Source: Octopus bimaculoides
Lineage: Eukaryota
Reading direction: 5' to 3'
Length of the DNA stretch: 64,000 bases
Assembly (NCBI RefSeq): GCF_001194135.2
Contig: NC_068982.1
Span: 155,463,442 to 155,527,441 of the forward strand
Translations under genes and position numbers: made by a program
The notes under the pieces: generated by a model
What the model was told of the DNA's origin: nothing
Databases searched by the model: none
What the model saw: the letters and a program-made list of their open reading frames with translations, nothing else
In this document: positions 50,766 through 62,699 of the stretch, piece by piece
Numbering within the stretch: the first letter of the stretch is position 1
Layout of the letters: each line of letters opens with the position of its first letter

Positions 50766-51749
50766 CACACATACACACACACATATAAATTGGCAGAAAG
50801 TTACAAATGTGACTTGAAGACCAGGGGTTTTGTGCACGGTACTTTTCAAACTGACCAGTTTGATAAGTGTCATGCACAAAATTCTTGTCCTTCGAGTCAC
50901 TCTTGTAACTTTCTGCTGGTTAAAATAATAGATGCACACATATGCACACAAAGCTGGTGATTCACTATCATTATTTACACACACACGCACGCACGCACGC
51001 ACTCTCTCTCTCTCTCTAAGACATGATGCATGAATCAGCAGTGTGATGTTTATGGTTGTGGAAATATGTTGTAGGAAGTTGTATTTATGCATGCATAATA
51101 AGCCTAGCAAAAGTATCCTGGGAAAATGACTGCACTTATTTTGGATATGTCTGATGCAAGTATATGGTACAATGGGAAGATAACTGCAATGCTCAGGATG
51201 TTAGTTGTAAATGGATGGTGTAATAAGTGTTGCATTAAAACTGCTAGGCCTTATAGAGGATAACAATAAGAGGAAGTGATTGGAGATACACTGTTTCATA
51301 TACCCACCTCAATTCATTTATATTTCCTTGAAAACAGTAACAGAGCCAAGTAATAAAATTTGCACAATGTTCCAGATTTGTCCCACACTGCTTTGGAAAG
51401 AGTTAGTTGTTTTGGAGAGGGTTTTTTTTTTTTACCCTAACCTGAGCTCAACCCAAATTTTGTGAATAAAATTTGAAAGATAGGGAACTGTGTAGAAACC
51501 CAGTAAATTGACTGTGCCTGTAATCAAATGGCCCAGCCTTGTTACACCGTATCATGATGATTCTGCTTAAACATTAATTTAAGATGTACAAGTGTCTGTA
51601 AAATATGCAGCCTCTTTAACACCAGTCTCATTGAATGAGTTCCCCAGTTCAATCAAGAGAACTGCTGATTCACTGGGATTATAGTATAAGAGGCTGAATA
51701 TTTCCAAACTGTATTTCTAAACTCATTTAGCTTCTCCTCTTTATTTCAG

Positions 51750-51970
51750 ACTATGTATTAAAGCAGTATTGGATGTCAAGTGGAGAGAATTATCTAATGA
51801 AAATACATGTCGGCAGAAGTTCCGAGAAACTGTGGATGCTGTCCACACACAACTGGAGCGGTTCAATTATGGTAAATTCCAGCTGATTAAGAAACTGATG
51901 GAGACCCACTGGGATCATCCAACTCTTAACCGGATCATGGCTGGTGCTGATGATCTTGAAGAAAGTGAAG
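51750..51970 (+). CDS. ZNF292/RLF/ZNF654-family gene, exon B (LCIKAVLDVKWRELSNE...HWDHPTLNRIMAGADDLEESE)
   Basis: Acceptor ttatttcag|A and donor GAAG|gtaaat; 221 nt, phase 2 to 1. WDHPTLNRIM resembles the family's W(K/D)NPVL..IL segment. Confidence 0.92.
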
Positions 51971-52395
51971 GTAAATTTATGTATCCCAGAAGTTGTTGCC
52001 ATGTTTTGTACCATTTAATAAACTGTCTTTTTCATTGACATTTTAGAATTTACATTCCAATTTAAATTTTGGATATGCAATCAATATTTTTGTAAAATGA
52101 TTTTAAATCTCTTTAAACACAAAAATTAAAACCATAAAAGAAATTCAAAAACAATTTTTTATGCAATATAGCTTTACAATTTCAGAAATTGTATATAAAT
52201 TCAGACTTTTTGTCCAATATACTTAGATATTGTTTTGTATAAGATTTGCTTTCAATATATTTGTTTTTTTAAATTATGCTTTGTTAAATTTCAATAAGAA
52301 TTATCTCTATTGGAATGTCTGGACAACGTTTTAATTATAAAAATATTCCAAGGTTAAATGCCATTGGGTCTCATAATTTTTTTCCTTTTCCTTAG

Positions 52396-52598
52396 TAATG
52401 GAATACTTTGCTGAAGAAGACCCCATGGTGCTAAAAGTCCGAGTTGAGATGCTGTTAGATGAAAATTGTGAAGAATTTGCCATGAATCTTTGTAGATGGT
52501 GTTTTCTTCATCCTGAACTTGCTGACAATGTACAGTTGCGTGAGACTCAACTTTTAATGCTTTACCGTTCTGCAAATGTAGAAAAACTACAAGAGGAT
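52396..52598 (+). CDS. ZNF292/RLF/ZNF654-family gene, exon C (VMEYFAEEDPMVLKVRVEMLLDENCEEFAMNLCRWCFLHPEL...EKLQED)
   Basis: Acceptor ttttccttag|TA and donor GAT|gtaagc; 203 nt, phase 1 to 0. By eye it aligns with the vertebrate ZNF292/RLF N-terminal block EFL..EGP.LL.MRIKHL...A..LAK.C..HPE. Confidence 0.93.
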
Positions 52599-53700
52599 GT
52601 AAGCTGAAAAATATATTTGTTGTTTAACTTTTCTGTATATTTATTATTGATGATGATGAATTAGTAAAATTGTCATAGTTTATGAACAAATCCTTTGTAA
52701 TTGGAAAATTGTGAAAACTCTCAAAATCTCTGACATCTGTCAGTTTTGTTTTATATTGGCATTAGTTAAATACATAAAGCCATCATTATTAGTTTAGTTT
52801 CAATGACTTTTTTTTTGAAAACTGGAAGAAATTTAATTTCTGTGAGCATTATATTGATGAAACTAGGCCAGAAGTCAGTGGTTAACTAGTATATATAATC
52901 AATAAGCATTGAAGCAATTAGAAACGTAAATTACCTTCATGTTTTTTCTGTTAGGTTTACAGAATTGTTAATTTTCTGCAATATTTAAGGTGGCACATTA
53001 CTTTAATGAGGTACTTTTTTTCAATTTGCAGTCATATTTATTCCACTTTGACAATATTCATTATTTTCAAATATCTATTCTATCTTAGTTTCAAATATCA
53101 AACTTTTGAGAAAAATAAAATCTATCAAAGACACCATTCAGAGAAATGGGTTTATTTTTACTACTATTGTAAAACGTATTCAGTCAGTATAATTCTCTCA
53201 CACTCACACATGCAGAATAATAGGGTTCCCAAACTCTATTGGCCTCTCATGAGAAAGTGTGAAAAGCTGTATTAAACATTTTTTGAATTTGAAAAAAAAA
53301 TAGATATGGCATTAAAAAATAGCAGCAAAGACAAGGAGTTTGAGAACAGTGTAAATGTGAAAAGAAACAATCGCAGTGATAAGATGTGTAGAGATTCACA
53401 CAGCATCAAGTTTGACAGTAGCATAAACACACTCTAATGTTAGTAGGTCTCCGTGCTTTAGTGAATCATGTCAGTAACAGCAGATATCACTCTTGATGTG
53501 GAGGTACATTCTGTCTAACAAAAAAAGTATTAATTAGATCTTGGGGCCCATAGTGAATACATAAAGTTTATAGAAAATATTGATCATATTCTTAAGTGGT
53601 TTTGATTTTGGGTTTCTCTGTTCTTTTTCTTCTTTAAGAGAAATTTTTGCAACAGTTAATTTTTCTTGTAATTCTTCACCACATCTAATTTTCATTCTTT

Positions 53701-53756
53701 CCTTTCCTTGTTACACTGCACCTTCTTTCCTTTCCTTGTTACACTGCACCTTCTTT
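53701..53756. repeat. 28-bp perfect tandem duplication upstream of exon D
   Basis: cctttccttgttacactgcaccttcttt, twice. Confidence 0.9.
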
Positions 53757-53857
53757 CCTTCCTTGATTATTTAGTTTAATAAGATCAAATTCTTTGATCT
53801 TTAAAAGACATATACTGTTTTTCTCCTCATGTTTTTTTCCCCCTTTCTTCTTTTCAG

Positions 53858-54004
53858 TGTTCAAAGATCTCTTGTGAGATGGCAGTGCAAATCATCAAGA
53901 ATTTACAAGATTGTGAAGCACATCAGGGATTTTGTGTGATGATAGCTCAAACATTTCTTGTGCAGAATTGGTTAAGAGGAGTATCTGCTGATAGTGGTAC
54001 CAAG
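53858..54004 (+). CDS. ZNF292/RLF/ZNF654-family gene, exon D (CSKISCEMAVQIIKNLQDCEAHQGFCVMIAQTFLVQNWLRGVSADSGTK)
   Basis: Long polypyrimidine tract ending ttttcag|TGT and donor AAG|gtatgt; 147 nt, phase 0 to 0. Resembles the family's 'SEVDCKDALEMICNLE...LCTAFL' block. Confidence 0.92.
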
Positions 54005-54739
54005 GTATGTTATGTTCTCACACCTGTGTAGGATTTTCTTGCATTTTATATATCATCATCATCATCATAACCATTTAATGTACATGTTACACACACACAC
54101 ATTGTATCATACATCTACTTTTCATGTTGGCAAGGGTTGATGAGTTGGAGAGGTTATCACATTCCAAGTTAGTTGTTCAGATGTGTTGCTCTCTTTGAAA
54201 GGACAGAGGACCATGTCTCATTAAAATGTTTCATTTTTCAGCTTGGTTTCTATTCTGGTTGCTCTTCCTAATGCCAGTTACTTTATAGAATGTTCTTGGT
54301 AGATATTTAGTGGCCTTAACACTAGTGAGATTGACTTGTACCCCATAAGTTTAGCCATCATCATTCAAATGTGTTATTTACTCTGTGTTTGTGGCTGAGG
54401 AAGTGAATAGAGAGATAACAATGGCAAAGGATGAGTGAAAAAAAGGCGAGTAAGAGCATGGTGATGGAAACATTGATTAGGACAGTAAAAGGAGTGACAG
54501 TGTAATAGAGAATAAAATGTATCTGGTCTGGGTGTGACTAGGGAGAAGAATAGTAAAGTTGTGGAGTTCTTTTCTTTTCCTAAAAGGAAGTATAAGTAAA
54601 TTAAAATAGTTCAGCAGAGAATTGAAACCATGTTGTGAACTCATGGCATAACCTATTTTCAACATTGTTCATTGCTCCATCTTACAAACATCCATATATT
54701 ACTTCCATTGTCTTATTTTTATGAAGGTTATACTGAAAG

Positions 54740-55400
54740 TAATACAGAAGTGGGCATTACTTTTTAACTGACGTAGATTGTTCAAATTAAACATGTTGGT
54801 CATACAAAGGAATTATTCAACATAGTCTCCACCACATGCAAATCATTTGCACCATTGTTGAATCCAACCTTTGATTCCTATTTGAAAAAATCCAGGTGTG
54901 GATTCTTCACAGCCACTTTCACTTTATCTGTGTCATCACCTTGTCCATGAAGGGCTGTCCTTTATTGGACCAAAAAAGGTAGAAGCTGGAGTAACAGTGA
55001 ACTGAATCCAATTTCTCAGTTTGCTGAGAAGATCAAAGAGAATGAACCTTTATCATCCTCCAAAACAATCATCATGACTTTCTATGGCCAGTCACTGGCT
55101 CTTGAATTTTTTCTGTCTTGGAGAAGTGTGACACCATTCCATGGATTGAGCTCCAGACTAAAGAAGTGTTTCCACTGGCTTGAAATGCTTCCAGCAGACC
55201 AGAACAGACTTTTACCTTTCTCTCATTTAAATCTGGTATCAACTGCTGAACTACCCACTTAGCTCACATTTTCTGTTAATACAAAGTCTTACACCAACTT
55301 CTGCAATACATTGTGACTTATCTGGCCTTGCAAGTTAGCTCATCCACTCACTTTCATCCATGTCAGTGGATCTCTATGCATTCATAAAATGCTCAACAAC
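54740..55400 (-). mobile_element. Mariner transposase remnant
   Basis: Minus strand reads EWCHTSPRQKKFKSQ..KVMMIVLEDDKG and ..GIKGWIQQWCK*FACGGDYVE*. Confidence 0.7.
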
Positions 55401-56042
55401 TTGATTTCTTACAAGCCAACAAAGGAACCTCTACCTAGTTGCTCTACCTACTAGAAATAACAATGAAATTTTGCTCAGATCATACCATCACAGACACTGC
55501 TCCTCTCATACACTGGCTTGGTTTCTATGGTTGGATGTATTTTCTTGTGGTACCAACAATAGAGATGCTGAATAGTTGTTGATAAGACAGTACTCAAGGA
55601 CTTCATAATTCTATACTTTCGCTGCTCATTTTTCAACCACTTTAGTGGGTACTGAATGCATTTTTTGTAGTACCAACACTTGAGAGTTTGTCTTGCCTAC
55701 CTTTAACTGTAGAGGAGACACAATCAGAAAAGTGATGGTTTGCATAATGTCATTAGCACAGAAGGAAGAGTGCCTTTGTGCACAGTGATTGTACAGAGTA
55801 CTATCTTCAAAAAAAGATGGGATATTCAGTTAGAAGACCTTTCATCATAGGTTTGCTCAGTAAGGTTGACTTGATAGGATTAAACAACCACAATTTAATG
55901 TCTTTGTTTTTCATTTTACCTCAAATCAATTTCTTCTTCCTATTTCTTTTTTTTTTCTATTCTTTTTCCTTTGCTGATGTCTGCTGTTAATTCTTTTAAT
56001 ATTTTAATATTTACGATTGTTCTAATCTACTTCCATTTCTAG

Positions 56043-56183
56043 ACATTGTTGAAATTATGGATACGACTCCAATACCTGGTTGACGGTGATTTGGACAAGT
56101 TTTCTGACAGTGTTTGGGCCATTGCCAAACTATCACAACACACTGAACAAATAACATTCCTTGTGGAGTCTCTACGAGAAGAG
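56043..56183 (+). CDS. ZNF292/RLF/ZNF654-family gene, exon E (TLLKLWIRLQYLVDGDLDKFSDSVWAIAKLSQHTEQITFLVESLREE)
   Basis: Acceptor ccatttctag|ACA and donor GAG|gtattt; 141 nt, phase 0 to 0. Resembles the family's 'ELTLFWSKLQ...' block. Confidence 0.92.
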
Positions 56184-56831
56184 GTATTTTTCTCTTGGAT
56201 TATTTATTTATATGTACCCCTTTCATCATCATTGTAATGTCCACTTTTCCATGCTTGCATCGGTTGTATGGAGATTATTGTGGAAGATTCTTTACTGTTG
56301 GATGCCCTGTCACCAACCCTCACCTGTTTTCCAGCGAGGTAGTATTTCCCCATGACCAGACATGTTCTTGCAGAATATTGGAAATGAACGACACTGCTTG
56401 TATGACAGTGACAATTGTTTTACAAATATCACACAGTTTCAAGACTAGACATAAGCATACACACTAACACACACAGATTTCTTTCAGTTTCTGTCTACCA
56501 AATCCACTCACAAGTATTTGGTCAGCCCGAGGCTATAGTAGAAGACACTTGCCCAAGATGCCATGCAGTGGGACTGAACCTGAACCATGTGGCTGGGAAG
56601 CAAACTTCTTTGCACACAACCTTGTCTGCGATTACCACTACTCTTTTTTCTTTCCCTCACCCTCTCTCATTCTCTTTTCATTCCTTTATTTTTCTCATAA
56701 ATTTTATTATTACAATTATTTTATGTTTCTTTTTCATATTTCCTACTTAACAATTACCTTTTTTATTTTCCTCCGTTTTTTATATTTATTTATTTATTTG
56801 TCTGATTTCTGATTTTTTTTCTGTATTCCAG

Positions 56832-59800
56832 GCTGGAGATACATTTCTGCAATTGAACACCAATTTATGTATCTATGCTTTCAATTTGGACAAAGGTTGT
56901 TTAGAACAAGCTGTTGCAGATAAGGATATGGAGTTGATTCTTTGCCGAAATGTAGCACTTTCCAAAACCAGCCAAATGATCATGAATCTTTATGATGGTC
57001 TCAGTCAAAAACTTGCTAAACTGTCAGGACTCACAGCTTTTGCTCTTGATCCTAGTGAAGAAAATTTTGAGATTGTCTACTCAATATTCCATTCTAATAA
57101 TAATAACTCTAATTCATCTTCGTTAGGTGGCAGTAGCAATCACAATGATATTGATGGTAGCAGCCCTAATAAGTATGTCAACAAACTTACAAACATGCTT
57201 GATGGCTTGCATGTAAGTCCAACGAAAGAGGTGAAAAAATCCAAAGAGAAACAACGGACACAACGCAACAGGCACTCTATGTCCCATCGTACTGTTGACA
57301 ATGTGGAATACTGCAATTTGTCTGTGAATCCAGCCAATCTATATGAAATAGAACGACTGCTCAATAATATATGTCCGTTTCACCTGGATATAGAAATGTC
57401 ATTTAGTGATTTGCATGCCATGTGTATGGAACATCTGACGCAACATCAAGAAATGTTAATGGTTCTTCATGAAGAAAGCACTGATGAATGTAGTGAATTT
57501 TCTAACTTTGATGAAGAGCAGCCCCTCTCTGAAGCAGCAGTTCAGAATAATGAAACGGCTGCCTTTACTGAACAATGTTCTCAAGAAAATGTAAACTCTA
57601 ATGTAATTTTTTCATCACCTCCTCCACAACCACATACAGCAACAGCTTCAGTAACAACAGCAGCTTCAGCAACAACAGCAGTTACAGTAACATCTCAAGA
57701 AAATTGTACTGAACCAGGGGAGGGTTTAGTAGGAGGGCATCAAGTTGGAACAAAACTAGAAGCTAAGTGTGCTTGTGGCCTTCCCAAAAGCTGCCAGGTA
57801 ACTGAAGAGGTTTGTAATTGCAAACAAAATCTCCCTAATAATAGCTGTCATTTGAATCAGACGTATCCAAATAGTATCTCTAATAGAAACCTCTTTGAGG
57901 CTTTTAACAAAGATTTGTCGACACAGCCCTATGGCATTCAGTCAGGGGATCATCGGCATTCAATGTCAGAGGCCTCTAAGATTCAAAATGCTTGTGAAAG
58001 AGACATTAAAAACCAACAGGTGAGTCACTGCAGTGGTAGTGGCTTCCCTAATTGTGGTGCATCAACTTCAGGCACATGCAGTTGTGATAGATCTGGCAGT
58101 GTTCATACATGCCTCTCTTTTGAGAGCCAGATTGATTTTTCGAACATTGGTGACAATTCATCTTCTTCTTCCTCACTGATGCAAACACAACATGCTTCTG
58201 ATAAGCTGCATAAAGCTCGAACGAAGGATAGTCATTGCTATTGTAATAAATCATTACCTTCCATTTCTGATGGTAATGTAAATGTTACTGCACCCTGCAA
58301 GTGCGTATGTAAAACTAAAACTAAGTCAGGGAAAAAATCAGACAAGTCTGCAAAATGTGATAAAAACCTTCAACAAACATCTGAAATCAAAGATGGCAAA
58401 GATACTCCATCAAAAAGTTTATATGTTTCTAGTGGTATTAATGAGGATAAAGTAAGTTCAGAAATCCCTACTAGTGATCGATTACTTGAAAAACTTCAGT
58501 CTTGCATATCATCACTTACTGGAAATAATGCAGGTTGCTCTACTGAAAAGTTTTTACTTTCTAAAATAGAAAAATCTTACATTGACCGTTATTGTCAGTT
58601 TCTGAAATCTGTCAGCCAATTTGAAATGGCTTTACTCACGCAACAGAACAGTAAACCAAGTTCAAGGCGAAGAAAGAATTATGTTGTGGTGTATCGCTGT
58701 GGAATTTGTTGTGACTTTTTTGACCAGGTTTCTGAACTGAAAAATCATATTCAATCTATTTGTAAAGCTTCTGTGTCAGATCTTCAGAATCTAACTGAAG
58801 CAGCTACAATATTCTGTGCAAAAGATTCTGCTCTCAGCAAAATTAAATTCTTTAAATGCCTTAAGTGTTTGCAATACACATGCACTCGTAAGGAAATGGA
58901 TGACCATTTGAGACTGTGTGGCGTACCCCTAGTAAAGAAAACTTCCAAATCAACTAATACCTCTTCCTTGGCAGAGAAAAGCCAAGTACAGAAAAAACCC
59001 TCATTGACTTTAGAGGATCCCAAAACAAAAGCACCAGAAAAAGAAGTGCCTAAAAAGCAGCAAGAAGTGGTTCCTTCTGTTCCTGGAACTGAAACAATCA
59101 ATGTCTCAAAGCCATCCATTTGCCCTACTGAGGAGCATTCAATGAAGACTCCAGTCAGCAAAGAAGGCTCTTCAAGTGATGTGACAACATCTCCAGTTAT
59201 AAACGCCACCATGGAGACAACCACAACGAACACTGTCTTCAAATGTAAAGAGGAACAACTGGAGGTTGATCCTGAAAACAAAGAGGATAAAAAACCCAAA
59301 GTTAAACAAACGAGCGAAGAATATTTCAAGTGTCAGATCTGCAGTCGTCTGCTGCTTGGCCCACATCGACTTAGACTTCACCAGGAAGCTTGTAAGAAAA
59401 GGAATGACATCAGAAGACGTATTAAAAAAACAAATATAGTGAAACCTTTAGTCAATATAAAAACAGAAGTTGTGACACCTGATTCACAAGCGACAGAAGG
59501 GTCTACATCTCATCCACAAAATAATCTTACTACAGTGAATACAACCAAAGTGAACCAGACAACTGTTACAGGTACCAGCAAAGTAGAAGACGCACCTTCT
59601 ACTATAGCAAACTTGCCCCAGCCAGAAAAACCTAAACATTGTCCTGATTGTGAACGTATCATCAAGTTACGTAAAGTCTCCCAACAACTGAGCTTATCAG
59701 AAGCTCAAGTAAAAATTGAACCAACTGAAATTACTGACAAAAATAACTCCCGTTCAGTTTGCAGTGAAGAAGAAATTCCTAATCAACCAAATAGTTCTGT

Positions 59801-61332
59801 GCAGAATTCCTCAATGGCCCATCAGGAAGTAGAAAGTAAAGCTGTGAAAACAGATCAACCAGCAACTAGCTCTCATAGATCCAACATGAACAATGATGAA
59901 TGTATTAAGAGAACAATGCTTCAGATTAAGTCGGAAATGGAAAATCAGTTCTTACCAAGGAAACCAGTCAAACCAGATAAACCTTTGCAAGATTCTCCCC
60001 CTGTTGTTAATAAAGTCATTGAAACCATTGAGACAAAGAGCGTTGTGAGTGAAGATGATCTGCTACTTGTTGGTGATAGCACAATGACGATGTCCCCAAG
60101 TAGAAAGATGCGTATTTTATCACCATATTGCCGAAAATGCGATTTCCATTTTCGCAACCGTTCAAATTTTGTAAAGCACCTTGCCATTACTCATCTCCAA
60201 CCATACACTAAGGAAACCGTCTCTGAATTGAGCAAGCCTATAGTGATATTTACTTGTGTATATTGTCAGATTGCTTTTCGAGTTTGGTTTAAATATATCA
60301 ATCACATTCCCAACCATGCGACACACATTCTTAAAGAGCTGAACTGTCGATGGATTAAGGAAACATGTCAAGAAGAGAAAACTGCAGTTGTTAGTGGCAA
60401 GGGAGCCCAAAAAAAGACACAGTTAAAACTTGTATGGCCACCACCAGAGGAAGAAATTGGGTCCTTTCTTAAAAGAAAACGAAGAAAACCATCGAAAAGA
60501 AAGTTTAATCGAAATGCAAGCCTAAGTAATATTTCTCAAAGCACTATATCAAATTTCATGTCAGCCAGTTGTGATGTTGATAATAAAACTAAACAAGATG
60601 TTCTGCATGTTATGCACAATCTTCTGCAAAGTATTGTTGGCATAAATGATCAAGTTCTAGCAAATATTGATAGTGTGTCTTATGCTAACAAGAAATCAGT
60701 AATGGAGACATCTAAAGAGACAGCTGCTCAGTTGTTGCCAGAACCTTGTAAATCACGATTGTCACAAAATATTACTGCCAAAGATATGTATGAAATTTCT
60801 ACAAATACAGCTTCAATGGATGAAACTGTTCAGCAAACAGCTGCATCTTTCATTGAAGATGTAACGTTGTGTAAAACTCCTATAACAGCTAATGATAAAT
60901 CTGTTGTAGTTAAAGAAGACCAGGAATTACCACTATTGTCAGATACAAGCCAGAGTAAACCAGATAAACTGACGCTTGATGTAAATAGTGGCAATTCTGG
61001 TGATAAGGCGTTGTCTACTTTAATTGAAGGCAGTGTAAAACCAGCTAGTACAGACCCATCCACAAACAATGTAACCAAAGCCTGTTTGTCAACAGTTTCT
61101 TCTGAGTCAGGAGATAGTACATCATCTACTTTAGCTGATAGCAACAAAAAAACAGCTAGTACAGAACCCATCACAAACAATGTAGTCAAATCTTGTTTGC
61201 CTGTAATCACCAGTGAGTCAGGAGACTGTCTCAAAGTAACCAATACATTGTCTGCAGAAGCTGTGAAAGCAGGCAGTTTGGATAACATAAAATTGAAATC
61301 TGATGAGAGAAGTCAAGAACTGCCAGTAAAAG
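56832..61332 (+). CDS. ZNF292/RLF/ZNF654-family gene, giant exon F (1500 codons; five zinc-finger motifs, basic NLS-like KRKRRKPSKRK)
   Basis: Acceptor tgtattccag|GCT and donor AAAG|gtaaga; 4501 nt uninterrupted ORF (track ORF 56853-61571). Finger motifs lie at 58692-58763, 58851-58919, 59325-59393, 60126-60194 and 60249-60317. Family assignment rests on the upstream exons plus LNTNLCIYAF (cf. CIELCVKAL). Confidence 0.95.
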
Positions 61333-61959
61333 GTAAGATGATGTGTCATAAATCACTTATATACTTTTCTAGTATTAGAAGAAAAGCCAGTTCAAGCAAA
61401 TATCAGTCTCTTTTGACCTCAGCAAAACTTTTTCTCCTATGTTTTCTATTACCACTCCTTGTTTCACTTGTACTTTTGTTGTTTCAACTCCCCACCACAC
61501 CATTTTCAACACTTGCTCCTTCACTTCTTTTCCCATTATTAATGTCCTTACTTAGGTGGCGAAATTGTTAGCATGCTGGACAAAATGCTTAGCAGCATTT
61601 GCATCTGTCTTTATGTTCTGAGTTCAAATTCCACCATGGTCAACTTAGCCTATCATCCTTTCAGGGTCAATAGAATAAGTACTAGTTTTTCACTAGGGTT
61701 TATGTTATTGACTTACCCCTTTCTCTGAAACTGATGGCCTTGTGCCAAAATTTGAAACCATTATTAATGCCTTTTCTAACTACTATTATTTCTATGATAT
61801 TTGGGAACTTCTTTGTTATCGTTTACCATGCTAGAAATAAGATTTCCTTAAATCACACCTCTGCCATCTTAAAAAAAAAAGACACTAGTTAAAGCTAATG
61901 CTTTTGATCATAGATTTGTTCAGTCAGAGCTGTCTTGGTGTTATATCTTTGAGACAAGG

Positions 61960-62155
61960 GAGCCACTATGCGGTTTGACCTGCTAGAAATAGCAACAAAA
62001 TCTCCCTCAACTCTCAAGTTTCTGTCCTCAAAGGTAAAGATTACAGTGGATAATGTAGAACCCTATGTCTTGTAAAAGTAAAAAAAAGGGCAGAATGTTT
62101 GCAGGTGGAAGCCCTTTAATCATAGGTTTATATGATCCAACTGCGTTAAGGCTAA
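61960..62155 (+). repeat. Abundant dispersed repeat ('gacctgctagaaatagcagccaaatctccctc' family, (AAC)n-type tail)
   Basis: Core motif seen repeatedly on both strands, at about 0.1-0.2, 7.5, 9.4, 17.0, 19.5, 24.6, 27.9, 29.3, 30.0, 31.0, 33.4, 36.9, 45.8, 55.4, 61.8 and 62.35 kb. Confidence 0.8.
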
Positions 62156-62699
62156 ATATAACGTTGCCTTCCTCAGTGTCTTCATTAACAATTTCTACAC
62201 TAACACCTCTTTCATCTATGTTTTCACAAAACAGATTCGGAAATATCTATGTCATAACTGTCTTTAAATGTTCTAGATATTTTCTCTACTAGAAATCTAC
62301 AGTTATATGTAACATTTCAGCAGAAACTTCTATGAGGACACTCAATCTACAAGAAATAGCAGCCAAATTTCACACTCACTCCATATCACCTTAAAAATAA
62401 GGATAATGAAGCTCTAGATATGCTGAATAAAAGACGGATGACTACAGTTGAAATTTCTTTGATTATATGTATGTTTGATCACAAATGATCAAGGGCTAAC
62501 AAGAATCTTGTTAATGTAGTTATGTGTGTGTGTGTGTGTGTGTGTATGTTATATACAAGTTGCTATCATTTACAGTCATTTGTCACATTGTAAGCATCAG
62601 TTAATATTGCTTCTTAACCATCTACTCTATCACTATTGCTCTGAGTGTCACCATTTCAACTAACAACTGCTATGACAAACAGTTCACCTCTTAAATTGT

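Noticed and set aside
49932-51110. Cluster of overlapping 60-163 aa ORFs
   Set aside because: They lie within an RTE 3'UTR fragment and microsatellites; there is no protein family signal.
57140-61288. Minus-strand ORFs up to 181 aa inside the giant exon
   Set aside because: These are antisense shadows of the real plus-strand coding sequence.
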